Source: Octopus vulgaris (lineage: Eukaryota). Taken from it: 64,000 nucleotides of DNA. Position 1 is the stretch's first letter, and each line of letters begins with the position of its first letter. The stretch spans positions 107,942,001 to 108,006,000 of the forward strand of contig OX597816.1 of NCBI GenBank assembly GCA_951406725.2. The letters are read 5' to 3'. Both the position numbers and the translations under genes were made by a program. Shown here in pieces: positions 1 to 13,094 of this stretch. A model generated the notes under the pieces. It ran no database searches and was not told where the DNA came from. It saw nothing but the letters and a program-made list of their open reading frames with translations.

Positions 1-213
1 TGGTTTCCCGGTTTCAATGGCGTATGTTTTTCCCAGCTGGACGGAACACCAGTCCATCGCAGCGTTACTCATTTTTGCCCAGCTGAGTGGACTGGAGCAA
101 CGTGAAATGAAGTGTTTTGCTCAAAAACATAACACGTCGCCTGGTCCAGGAATCGAAACCACAATCTTACGATCATGATGCTGACACCCTAACCACTAAA
201 GCAACGCGCCTCC
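1..213 (-). mobile_element. tRNA-derived SINE (CORE/V-like body), runs off the window edge
   Basis: Minus strand reads GGAGGCGCGTTGCTTTAGTGGTTAGGG (A-box-like) ... GGTTTCGATTCC (B-box-like) ... TTGAGCAAAACACTTCATTTCACGTTGCTCCAGTCCACTCAGC ... CTGCGATGGACTGG. Homologous copies lie at 60233-60470 and 54920-55110. Confidence 0.75.
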
Positions 214-1699
214 TCGATTGTCCTCACATAACGTTTCTATTCGATCTTAGTCTTATTTAAGATGTTTTTTTTTAAGTACTTACACCCATCTCCTGTTTAT
301 TACTGGCAATTTTCTTGTGTAATTCACCTTTGTTCTATCCCCAACGTGTTGAACATTTGTTACCAACAAAAGAATTCATCATAATTATCATCATCCTCAT
401 CCAATTGGACTTATATCATGCAAGTTATGTAATTCAAGTGGAATGCTGTTAGTTACACTAAAGCAGCTCCCATCTTTTATTTCTCATCAAAACAAATATT
501 TTCATTGTTGAGATTATGTTTAATTTAGTGACAGAAAAGCAATGATACCTTTAGTGGTACGTCTGCCTTGAATACAGAGGGTACGTAGTTCAGGTGTCAT
601 CTTTTCTATCCAGCGTATTATCGGGTAATACTTACATCTGAATCCACTTTGAGACACGTCGTTAATAATGTCTTATTCACATATTTCCCCGAACTCCTAC
701 ATTTGTGTTCTAAAAGCAAAAGTTTCAGTATATTATTATCTTCATTATTGACACACTGGATGTGCAGCATACATAAATGTCATATTTACTAGTCGATGAA
801 TACTGCAATTAAAAAGGGGAAATGAATATATACATTGTTTGCGTGAAAATGAATGTATATCGTAAGCATGAATATTAGTAGAAAGGCATTTAAGAAGAGC
901 TACAAGTTATCATTTATGCACACATCGTCAGTCTATGTAGCTTTGCTCCAAGAAAAGAAATATAGCTACAATTCCCATGCTACTTGTATTTAAAAACATT
1001 ACTAATGCATATCACTAAAGCTTTGGTTCTGCAGAAGGTCTCAAGTAGAAATAATAGCTGCGATTTAACGCATGGGTACAAACATATCTGTCTAATTAAG
1101 AAGTTCAGCTTGCAATTAAATGTTTCCCGCTCAATACCAGTGCGTAGTATACAAGATAAAAGCTTGAAAAACGAAAACTATTTGGAAGCCCGTCAGAAGG
1201 AATTATCATTGTTCTTAAGTGGCAGACATTTGTTGCCCCATTGAAAACACGCATCTAGTTCTTTGTTACTTTTTAACAGAGCCCACTCAGTTCCGATCTG
1301 AAGACATCTTTCTCTTTTTCTTGTTTTCAGCTCTCATTTGATGTGAAAAGAGGTATGGATGAGGTCCTTACCTCTTATTCAAAGCAGGAATAGAAGACAG
1401 AAAGTTATTAACAGCACAGCCTTGCATCTAGTTGCATTTAATAAAGTTTATCCCCCAGACGGGCAGAGTTTAGCACTCAGACAAGTTTTGTTACTCTTTT
1501 CCACCCAAGTATTTTTCTAATGTTATATGCTATTATTTTGAGTAAGTAGAATCGCTACAGCATCGAATAAGTGCTTTGTGGCACATGTTCTAGCTTCCTA
1601 CATTCTGGCCCCCAAATTCTGCTGAGGTCAGCTTTGCTTTTCATTCTTTCGGTATCGATAAAATATAGAATTATTCGAGTACTGGAGCGAAGTGATCGA

Positions 1700-1960
1700 C
1701 AAACCCCTTTCACTCAAAACTGTTGGACCAAATCAAAAATCATTATTTATAGCTGATTTAGCTTCGAGAAACATCGTTAATAAAGACTTATTTGCACGTT
1801 TCTCAACTCTTCTACAGTTACGCTCTAAATGTAATCGTTTTTGTTTAGAAATCAGTGGTGTTGGTCTCACCATTCTGGAAGGCTGGGCAAATATCGGGTT
1901 TACTACCCCACAACTCCCGTTGTTTTGAATAACTTCATACAAGAAAACAACGACTGAAAG
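1700..1960 (-). pseudogene. possible degenerate Tc1/mariner transposase N-terminal (HTH) fragment
   Basis: ORF 1733..1942 (NNGSC...PSRMVRPT...LERNCRRVEKRANKSL) loosely resembles the 'ETGSV..GRPRTVRT...RNPRRS.RKLA' region of Tc1-like transposases. No catalytic domain seen. Confidence 0.3.
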
Positions 1961-2721
1961 AAACGGCTTTTGAATATTTTGACTGACCGAAAGTTCTTAA
2001 GTGATTTTATTCTTAAACTAAAATAAAGATTCGGATTTAACTTTTCATTGTCTGCTAATTAATTAAGATAGGTAGAAATTAAATTTGGAGCCGAATTTCT
2101 GCTTTCGTTTAAGAGACACAACTAGCTAGGATATATTTAAAACGAGAACAATTAATTCATAATTACTTGGGGTGAGGAGGGCATCTCTCTTGTAGATTAT
2201 ACACGCTAGTAAATAAACGTACGCAAAAGAAAATATAGTTTAACCAAATAAATGATAAATCTTCATTCTGTCTAAGCCTACCGTTGTAATCAATAACTAA
2301 TCAATATATTAGCACGTTTAGATCTACCACAGTAAACGTGAACAAGAACGAAGCTACGTATTCGTAAACAAAGTGAATAATATAGATCTAACATATTTTC
2401 TGATTATTGCGTGGTATATGTGTATTTGCATATATATCTATATATGTATATGTGCATTTGTATGTGTATGGGTGTATTTAATACGACTCGCGCTGTGCCT
2501 CGCATCAGTCTGTCTATGCCTTCCATGTCTGCTACTGGGCAGTCATCTGTTTTTGTCAAGCATGTGTGCATCAGAAGCACTGATTATAAATATATATTGT
2601 TTTGTAACCTGAAACATTGTGCCTTAAAGTTATTCGTTTCTTTTTTCTTCTTTTTCACTTTCAATATTTTCGTTACAGTAATCTCTACAAGAATTCTACA
2701 CACACACACACATACGAATAT

Positions 2722-3372
2722 AGGCGCAAGCATGTGTGGTTAGATGCTTGTTTTCCAACCGCATAGTTCCTGGTTCAGTTCCACTGCGTGGCACCTTGGG
2801 CAATTGCCTTCTACTATAGCCTCGGGCCGACCAAAGCCTTATAAGTGGATTTGGTAAACGGAAACTGGAAGAAGCCCGTCGTATATATAATAATGATTAC
2901 AGTAATAATAATGGACTCTCCCGTCGTTAGACGATGAATGAGGGTTCGGCAATTTCTTGTCGAACAACCACACAGATGATTTGTTAATTGTGATCAAATG
3001 TTTGTGTACACATAAGCTCACTCCCGCCATCAAATCAGCATTACCTGAACAGGTGCACCGTGTGCCACATGACAGGTGACGAAATGATTGCAGAGCGAGA
3101 AAGTGTTTTGCTCAAGAACACAACGCAACGCACGATCCGGGAATCGATCTCACGATCTCGCAACCGTGAGTGTGACTATATATGTATGTATATATATATA
3201 CTTGTGTGTGTGTGTTTGTCTGTGTTTGTCCCTCCATCACCGCTTGACTACAGAATAAGTAGTAGGCTTTAAAATATGTCGTGGGGGCGATTTGCTTGAA
3301 TAAAGCCTTCAAGACGGTGCTCCAGCACGGTCGCAGTCAAATGACTGAAACAAATGAAAGAATAAAAGAATA
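2722..3372 (+). mobile_element. tRNA-derived SINE with LINE-derived 3' tail, interrupted by a nested SINE
   Basis: Head 2722-2885 (GGTTCAGTTCCACTGCGTGGCACCTTGGGCAA...) matches the copy at 63873-64000. Body resumes at ~3180. Tail GACGGTGCTCCAGCACGGTCGCAGTCAAATGACTGAAAC at 3313-3351. Confidence 0.7.
2910..3175 (-). mobile_element. tRNA/CORE-like SINE nested in the opposite orientation inside another SINE
   Basis: Minus strand has GATCGATTCCCGGA (B-box-like) and GTTGTGTTCTTGAGCAAAACACTT, shared with the SINE at 1-213. Confidence 0.6.
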
Positions 3373-3601
3373 TATAAATAGGCTGACAAATTTGAAAAGT
3401 AAAAGTCTATTTCGCATTGTTAGGATGTAGGAGCCGTTGAACTGATCTATCACGAGCAGATATCTTATGTTGTTTATATGTTCCATGCACTCCTAACCGG
3501 TTATCAAAAGCAATTATCATTTTTCTTTCAAATTCTGTTTTCTGGTGGGTAATTTCAGCTATCGCCTCATATATACATATCTACTCACACCAATACACAC
3601 G

Positions 3602-3639
<38 letters not shown>

Positions 3640-3974
3640 AGTGTATAATTGTCCTTCTGATTGAATACAAAACTAAGTAACTGGAACATGAATTCGAACA
3701 TTGTAGAGTACAATCTATTTACCATAATTGAATATGTAGATTACTGATTAAGTTTCGTGTTGTTGCTGGTTGTATTAGTGAACAACTGAATCAAATATCA
3801 AATAACTATAAGTGTGTATAGTTGGGGTTTAATTGGTATAGTATATAAATATATATATAAAGCAGAACTATCGCCTTCTAAAACATTCTGAATGGAAATA
3901 GTGGATATTCCAGGTAATTTCAGTATTGAGAAACTCTTAATTTATATACTTATAAGTTATTATTGTAAATACGA

Positions 3975-4376
3975 CCCAGTTTCAAATTTTGTCACAAGGG
4001 CAGTAATTTTGAAGGGAAGGAACAAGTCGATTACATCGACTCAGTGTCCAACTGGTACTTATTTTATTGACCCCGAAAGGATGAAAGGCAAAGTCGACCT
4101 CGGCGGAATTTGAACTCAGAACGTAAAGACAGACGAAATACCCATTTCTTTACTACCCACAAGGGGCTAAACTCAGAGAGGACAAACAAGGACAGACAAA
4201 CGGATTAAGTCGATTATATCGACCCCAGTGCGTAACTGGTATACTTATTTAACCGACCCCAATGGATGAAAGGCAAAGTCAACCTCGGCAGAATTTGAAC
4301 TCAGAACGTAACGGCAGACGAAATACCGCTAAGCATTAGGCCCGGTGCGCTAACGTTCTGCCAGCTCGCCGCCTTA
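3975..4376 (-). mobile_element. tRNA-derived SINE, Meta-domain-like, dimeric form
   Basis: Head GGCGGCGAGCTGGCAGAACGTTAGC, B-box GAGTTCAAATTC and central GCCTTTC(A)TCC..GGGGTCG..AAAT.AGTACCAG motif. The B-box and central motif occur twice. Confidence 0.8.
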
Positions 4377-4432
4377 GGCTTATGTGTAATAATAATAAAT
4401 AGTTAACTTGACTATACAGCGTTATGACTTGC

Positions 4433-4770
4433 ATGGCTCAGTAGTTAGAGCGTCGGGCTCACAATCATGTGGTAGTAAATACGATTCCCTGACAGGGCTA
4501 TGTATTGTGTTCCTGAGCAAGACACTTTATTTCACCTTGCTCCATTTCATTCAGCTGTAGAAATGAGTTACGACGTTACTGGTGCCAAAGTGTATCGGCG
4601 TTTGGTGTTCCCTTGGACAACATCGCTGACGTGGTGAGGGAAGTCCAGCATGCATGGGCGACCGTTGGTGTTCCATAAACAACCTTGCTCGACTTATGGT
4701 TTAGAGGGGAGCTCTCTAGGTGCATTCCCATGGTAGTTCATGACCGAAGTGTGCCTTTATCCTTTACTAT
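4433..4770 (+). mobile_element. tRNA/CORE-like SINE (diverged)
   Basis: TGGCTCAGTAGTTAGAGCG A-box; CGATTCC B-box remnant; TGTGTTCCTGAGCAAGACACTTTATTTCACCTTGCTCC core. Confidence 0.6.
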
Positions 4771-4819
4771 TTTTACAGTGTTGTAGGTAAATTACAGTAG
4801 TGCATTATTAATGATGTGA

Positions 4820-5133
4820 AAGCGCGTGAGTTAGTCGTTTGGGTATTCGGTTCGCGATCGCAAGGCCATGATTTTGTCCGCTGGCGCGTTGCGTATTTGA
4901 GCTAAACACTTTATTTAACGTTGCTCCAGTCCATCCAGCTAGCAAAAATAAGTAGTACCTTTATTTGAAAAGGACTGCCTTGTTACATTTCGTGTCACAC
5001 TGAACCTTCCTCAGAACTATATTAAGGATACGCATGTCTGTGGCGTGTTCAGCCGCTTGCACGTTAATTTCACGAGAGGCTGTTCTGGTGATCGGATCAA
5101 CTGGAACCATCGTCGTCGTAACCGACGGAGTGC
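4820..5133 (+). mobile_element. tRNA/CORE-like SINE (diverged)
   Basis: Same core as above. Its 3' half matches the better-preserved minus-strand copy at 52657-52972 (TTGCACGTTAATTTCACGAG...GTCGTCGTAACCG.CGGAGT). Confidence 0.65.
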
Positions 5134-6551
5134 ATGGTAATTAATGGAGTAGAAGGATGGAATGCAAAGTTTAACAGAACAAATTATTTGATATTTACTG
5201 TAGTGAAGTCACACGGCCTAGTGTTTAGAATTTGGGGCTGCTGATAGTTAGGTCGTGAGCCTATTTCTTGGACAAGGTAGTACGTTGTTCCTAAACAAGA
5301 CATTAAATTTCACGTTATATTAGTGTAGTCATGCTAAAAATAAGTGAGAGTGGCACATTGGCGTTAATCTTGCGACTGGCCTGCGACTCGTTTAGCGAGG
5401 AGTCTTAAAATCTTAGCCAAAACAATTTGAAAATCCGGAACAAGATTCGGACGTATGGAAACTGCAGGCTCGAGTGAGACTTGTTAAGTTGTTAAAGATA
5501 TTGTTATCTAAGATGTAAAGTACTTAAGTAGAACGGAAGGGCTACTTGACTGTGGGTTGCGTTGCTATTGTATTTACATTTAATGCAAAATGAGACAAAA
5601 AATATGGTAGTATGAGGAATGCTAGGCTGGTTATCTAATGTAGCGTTAGAAATGTATAATGCAGAATGTAAGGTGAACGTGTCTTTCAAAGGAAAATTGA
5701 GGATTAACTATCAGTATAATGTGTATCAGCTCAAGTTGAAATTACTATATAAATTATAGATGGTTTAGAAAATATAATTTGGATCTGCTGTTGCAGTTTA
5801 GGGGTAAATTGACTACAAGCCGTTACTTAGGCGTATGAAACAAGAATAATTCGGAGAAATGTAAGCTTTGTCTCTATTAATGCTAAATCATTAGTTAGGA
5901 TTAAGGGTTAATTACAATATAGAGAACTGTATGACTATATTCTAGACTAGGATGTATCGATATCAAATAACTAACCAACTGTATATCTAGTAGGAAGACT
6001 GTTATATATCAATTAATTTGAGATATCAAAAAAGATCAATTACAGTTAATGATCTTTTATAAAAATCAAAAAGCAAAATCATATTTAACTGTAAACCTAT
6101 TACATGAATTGATAATTAGCATCCATAGACACAAATCTAAAATATAATTATACCGTTCTCCAAAACAATACCCACACAACATTCATTATTTTATCAGATT
6201 ATGAAATTTAAAGTTTGAAGATATTCTTTGTTTAATGTTTATTAACAAAATATGCAATATTCTAATTATACGATAAACTTAACTAACGGTTTATACCGAA
6301 GTTATTACTAAATTGGGAAATCCAGCCTAATTGCTTATATTTCCTCTAAATTAGTTTTGTATTACGTATAGAATTTCCAGCTTGATCTGACACTTTTAAT
6401 ACATAGGCAATTAACCTTCATTTATTCTTCTTTAAAACACGTTGACATCCACCTTACTTTCTACATTGTATCATTAAAAGCTAATGTAGCATCTGTGCAG
6501 GAACAATATTTATTTTTCAAAGAAATTTATTGTTTCAGTAGATCACAGATC

Positions 6552-8290
<1,739 letters not shown>

Positions 8291-11177
8291 ACTTTGATAC
8301 TTTGATACTTTGATAGGTTTCGGCCATTATTGGCCCAGGCCATGTCTAACTTAATAGCACCACCTGGTGAAGTCTTTCAAGTCAGAATTTGGGCACTATG
8401 GCCCACTCAAGTAGAGAGTTATTGTTTACAGAGACATATCCGGGTGTAGGGGGTTTATCCGGGATTTCTTGAAGGAATCTGTCCAAAGACTTCTTGAACC
8501 CTATAGGGTCAGTTTCTGTTTTAATGTGTTTTGGTGTAATGTTAAAGAGAGCGGGGCCAATTGAGGTGAAATAATTGTGCCGTATTGTTGTTATGAGATG
8601 AGAGTGCGATTTTTGTTTTGGGCGGATGGCACGGGGCCCAAGCCTTGGATGTACCTTAAAGGTGATGCCAACATCATTTGGGCAATGCTGATGGAATATT
8701 TTCCACATCATGCAGATGATGTAGCGCTCACGACGACGTTGGAGAGAATAGAGTTTTAGCTTTTCTAGTCGACCCCAATAGTCGAGGCCTGTCATGCCAT
8801 CTATCTTTTTTGTGATTGCCCTTTGAGGTGCTTCGACTTTTTTGATACCTTGTATTGTGTGGGGAGACCACAGTGGACAACAGTATTCAAGGTGGGGTCG
8901 GGCAAAAGTGGAGAAGAGAAGGATAATGGTGTGGATATCTCTCGACTGGAAAGTTCTGAGAATCCAGGAACACATTCTGCGGGCCATGTCAACTTTGGTG
9001 TTTATATGAGTGGCCCAGCTTACGTTGTTGTCCACAATTACTCCCAAGTCTCTGATGTTGTTGGACGCCGCGAGAGTTTCACCTGAAGGAAGGGAGTATG
9101 GGAGTTTCAGGGCATCCTCTTTTCCAAAGTGGATTAGCTCAAATTTATCCTCGTTCAGCAGCATATTGTTTTTTTCTGCCCATTGGATAACAGCCAGTAG
9201 ATCTGACTGAAGGCATGTCCGGTCACTCGCCTCATTTATGACCTTCTGTATCTTGGAGTCATCTGCAAAGATTTTTATGTTGCTGTGCTTGATGATGTCA
9301 TTAATGTCATTAATGTAAATGATGAAAAGAAGTGGGCCCAGCACAGTGCCTTGCGGAACGCCACTACTGACTTTGGCTGGGCTTGATTTTACCCCTTCAA
9401 CTACAACATGTTGAGATCTGTCTGTCAGGAAACACTTAATCCATTTCAGTAACTTTCCAGAGACACCAATGTTGGATAGTTTTTTCAATAGGATCTTGTG
9501 ATCGACCCTGTCGAAGGCCTTACTGAAATCAAGGTAGATGACATCGGTGTTGGAGCCCTCTCCCAAAGCTCTCAAAATGTCCTCAAAGTGATGCAGGAGC
9601 TGCGTTAGGCAGTCCCTTCCATTACGGAACCCATGTTGGTTGGAGATCAGCCGTCTGTTGCTTTCCAGAAATTGGGTTATTTGAGATCTCACCACCCTCT
9701 CAAATACCTTGATGATATGAGAGGTGAGTGAGATCGGACGGTAATTCACTGCAAGGGACTTGTTTCCCTTTTTGAAAACTGGGACAACAGACTGGGACAG
9801 AAGGTTTTTTGGAATATAGCCAGCATCCAGTGAGTTTCTACACAGATTAGCAAGGGGAGATGCAAGTTGGTGTCGACACACCTTCAGGACACAAGCAGGG
9901 AACCTATCGGGGCCTACTGCTGAATTGTGTTTTATTTCGTTTATCGCCGCTAAGACATCAGGGGCACTAAACGTTATGTCCGATATAGTGTGTTGGGGGT
10001 TGACATCACTGATACAGCCCAGATCGGCCATATCAGGATTGCTGAAAACAGAGCAGTATTGTTTCTGCAGTATCTCGGCCATGGATTTGGCATTATCTTG
10101 GAGAGTGCCAGTTTCGTCAATTAGAGGGCCTACAGTGGAGACAGTGACCCTGCGTTTCCTCGCAAATGAAAAGAACACTTTGGGGTTGAGTTTGATTTTT
10201 TCAATGGCCCACTTCTCCTCAGCTGATCTTTGGTTATTGATGAGGGACTTCATGCATTGTTGGAGGTTATATTTTTTGGATTCAAGCAGTGCGATAGCCG
10301 TCGAATGTGTGTGTTGCTGTTGGCAGTACTTTAGTTTGTTAATTTTTTTGTTTGTTCTTTTTATTTTTCTGATAATGGTTTTTCTGTTTTGGGGGATTCT
10401 GCACTTTTTGTTCACAGGTCTTGGTGGGGAGTGTTTTGCACATATGTCTGTGACGGTGTCTACAAAGATCTGCCAAGATGTTTTATGGTTGGTGGAGATG
10501 TGTGTATGTGTAAAGGACCAGTCAACATTTGATAGCTCGTTCCTGATTGCATCCCAGTTGGCTTTATGGAGATCCATGTTGTCAAATGGGTGGGCTGGAG
10601 GAAGGTCACTAGGATTAGCTTTCGGCTGGTGGAATTTCATGTTACAGAGAACCATTTCATGGTCTGAAAGAAGGGTTTTTTCCACTGTAACGTTATGTAT
10701 AGTGTTAGTGTGGTTACTAAACACTAGGTCCAAAATGTTCTGATGTCTTGTTGGTGCAAGGACAAGTTGGGACAAGAAAAACTCATTCGTAAAGTCGAAA
10801 AGTGACTCTGCTGCTTCTTTGTCAGCGGTTGAGGCGGGAGTGCTTGGTTTCAAACAGTTTGTAGTCCAGTCAACACAGGGTAGATTGAAGTCTCCCATCA
10901 TGAGTATGTTGCTAGAATGGCACTGTTGAATAAAGCACTTAATGCTGTTGAGGCATTCTTTAAAGCACAGTATGGGTGTTTGGGGCGGCCTATAGAGCCC
11001 AATTACTGTCAGATCATTGGCTTTGTTGTGCACGGTGACTGATTCACAGTAGCCGTTGGAGAATATACTATTTCCATCTGCCGTAAATGAATCATGCAGG
11101 AAAATGGCAGTTCCACCCTTCCTCCTGCCGATACGATCCGCGCGGATGGTTGTGAAATTCTTCACTCTCTCACTCTC
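8291..11177 (-). mobile_element. CR1-group non-LTR retrotransposon (LINE 'A'), 5'-truncated, inserted in (TA)n
   Basis: APE+RT ORF, 67-nt 3'UTR (8315-8381) and 3' tail (ATCAAAGT)x3 at 8291-8314. (TA)n on both flanks. Confidence 0.92.
8382..11165 (-). CDS. ORF2: AP-endonuclease (N-terminally truncated) + reverse transcriptase, 927 aa, no internal stops
   Basis: EN motifs GGTAIF, YRPP, MGDFNLP, ILDLVF, SDH. RT motifs [43 protein letters not shown]-terminal [11 protein letters not shown]. The first EN motifs (N...ETWL) are missing, and the GTG start is the truncation point. Confidence 0.93.
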   Translation of the reverse strand: MKNFTTIRADRIGRRKGGTAIFLHDSFTADGNSIFSNGYCESVTVHNKANDLTVIGLYRPPQTPILCFKECLNSIKCFIQQCHSSNILMMGDFNLPCVDWTTNCLKPSTPASTADKEAAESLFDFTNEFFLSQLVLAPTRHQNILDLVFSNHTNTIHNVTVEKTLLSDHEMVLCNMKFHQPKANPSDLPPAHPFDNMDLHKANWDAIRNELSNVDWSFTHTHISTNHKTSWQIFVDTVTDICAKHSPPRPVNKKCRIPQNRKTIIRKIKRTNKKINKLKYCQQQHTHSTAIALLESKKYNLQQCMKSLINNQRSAEEKWAIEKIKLNPKVFFSFARKRRVTVSTVGPLIDETGTLQDNAKSMAEILQKQYCSVFSNPDMADLGCISDVNPQHTISDITFSAPDVLAAINEIKHNSAVGPDRFPACVLKVCRHQLASPLANLCRNSLDAGYIPKNLLSQSVVPVFKKGNKSLAVNYRPISLTSHIIKVFERVVRSQITQFLESNRRLISNQHGFRNGRDCLTQLLHHFEDILRALGEGSNTDVIYLDFSKAFDRVDHKILLKKLSNIGVSGKLLKWIKCFLTDRSQHVVVEGVKSSPAKVSSGVPQGTVLGPLLFIIYINDINDIIKHSNIKIFADDSKIQKVINEASDRTCLQSDLLAVIQWAEKNNMLLNEDKFELIHFGKEDALKLPYSLPSGETLAASNNIRDLGVIVDNNVSWATHINTKVDMARRMCSWILRTFQSRDIHTIILLFSTFARPHLEYCCPLWSPHTIQGIKKVEAPQRAITKKIDGMTGLDYWGRLEKLKLYSLQRRRERYIICMMWKIFHQHCPNDVGITFKVHPRLGPRAIRPKQKSHSHLITTIRHNYFTSIGPALFNITPKHIKTETDPIGFKKSLDRFLQEIPDKPPTPGYVSVNNNSLLEWAIVPKF

Positions 11178-11219
11178 TATATATATATGTATATATATAT
11201 ATGTATATATTTATATATG

Positions 11220-11252
<33 letters not shown>

Positions 11253-11745
11253 ATATATATATGTATATATATGTATATATATATATATATATATGTATGT
11301 ATATATATATATGTATGTATATATATATATGTATATATATGTATATATATATATATATATGTATGTATATATATATATGTATGTATATATATATATGTAT
11401 ATATATATATGTATGTATATATATATATGTATATATATATATGTATATATATATATGTATATATATATATATGTATATATATATGTATATATATATATGT
11501 ATATATTTATATATGTATATATTTATATATGTATATATTTATATATGTATATATATATGTATATATATATATGTATATATATATATGTATATATATGTAT
11601 GTATATATATGTATATATATGTATATATATGTATATATATGTATGTATATATATATATGTATATATATATATGTATATATATATATGTATATATATATAT
11701 GTATATATATGTATATATATATATGTATATATATATATGTATATA
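11178..11745. repeat. (TA)n/(TATG) microsatellite array
   Basis: Read directly. Confidence 0.97.
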
Positions 11746-11846
11746 TAGAATAACTTAGAATAACTTAGAAAGGTTTTTGGCCAGTATTGGCCCAGGCCAT
11801 GTCTAACTTAATAGCACCACCTGGCGAAGTCTTTCAGTTCAGGATT
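11746..11846 (-). mobile_element. ~100-bp 3' stub of a LINE-A sister subfamily
   Basis: 11771-11846 aligns closely to 8315-8390 (ATTGGCCCAGGCCATGTCTAACTTAATAGCACCACCTGG identical) and includes the TGA stop. The tail is (TTCTAAGTTA)x2.5 instead of (ATCAAAGT)n. Confidence 0.88.
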
Positions 11847-12155
11847 ATGTATATATATGTATATATATATATGTATATATATGTATATATATGTATATAT
11901 ATATATGTGTATATATATATGTGTATATATATATATGTATATATATATGTATATATATATATGTATATATATGTATATATATGTATATATATGTATATAT
12001 ATGTATATATATATATGTATGTATATATATGTATATATATATGTATATATATATGTATATATATATATGTATATATATATATATGTATATATATATATGT
12101 ATATATATATGTATATATATATGTATATATATGTATATATATATGTATATATATG

Positions 12156-12196
<41 letters not shown>

Positions 12197-12289
12197 GTAT
12201 GTATATATATATATGTATATATATATGTATGTATATATATATATGTATATATATATGTATGTATATATATATGTATATATATATGTATG

Positions 12290-12320
<31 letters not shown>

Positions 12321-12385
12321 GTATGTATATATATATATATATATGTATGTATATATATATATATATGTATGTATATATATATGTA

Positions 12386-12416
<31 letters not shown>

Positions 12417-12423
12417 ATATATG

Positions 12424-12454
<31 letters not shown>

Positions 12455-12664
12455 GTATATATATGTATATATATATATGTGTATATATATATATGTATAT
12501 ATATGTATATATATGTATATATATGTATATATATATGTGTATATATATATGTATATATATATGATATATATATATGTATATATATATATGTGTATATATA
12601 TATATGTATATATATATATGTATATATATATATGTATATATATGTATATATATGTATATATATG

Positions 12665-12741
<77 letters not shown>

Positions 12742-12956
12742 GTATATATATATGTATATATATGTATATATATATGTATATATATGTATGTATATATATA
12801 TGTATATGTATATATATATATGTATATATATGTATGTATATATATATATGTATATATATATGTATGTATATATATATATGTATATATATATATATGTATG
12901 TATATATATATATGTATATATATATGTATGTATATATATATATGTATATATATATG

Positions 12957-12989
<33 letters not shown>

Positions 12990-13018
12990 GTATGTATATA
13001 TATATATATATATGTATG

Positions 13019-13090
<72 letters not shown>
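11847..13090. repeat. (TA)n/(TATG) microsatellite array
   Basis: Read directly. Confidence 0.97.

Positions 13091-13094
<4 letters not shown>

Noticed and set aside
1305-1358. Possible 22-nt micro-exon (pyrimidine tract-CAG|...GAG|GTATGG)
   Set aside because: Such signals are expected by chance in 64 kb, and there are no supporting neighbouring exons.
9925-10743. 272-aa plus-strand ORF and other short ORFs overlapping LINEs
   Set aside because: Antisense shadows of LINE coding sequence with no independent motifs.
12574-13092. N-terminal extension of the 727-aa ORF
   Set aside because: Microsatellite happens to be in frame with the truncated LINE B; it is not part of the element.
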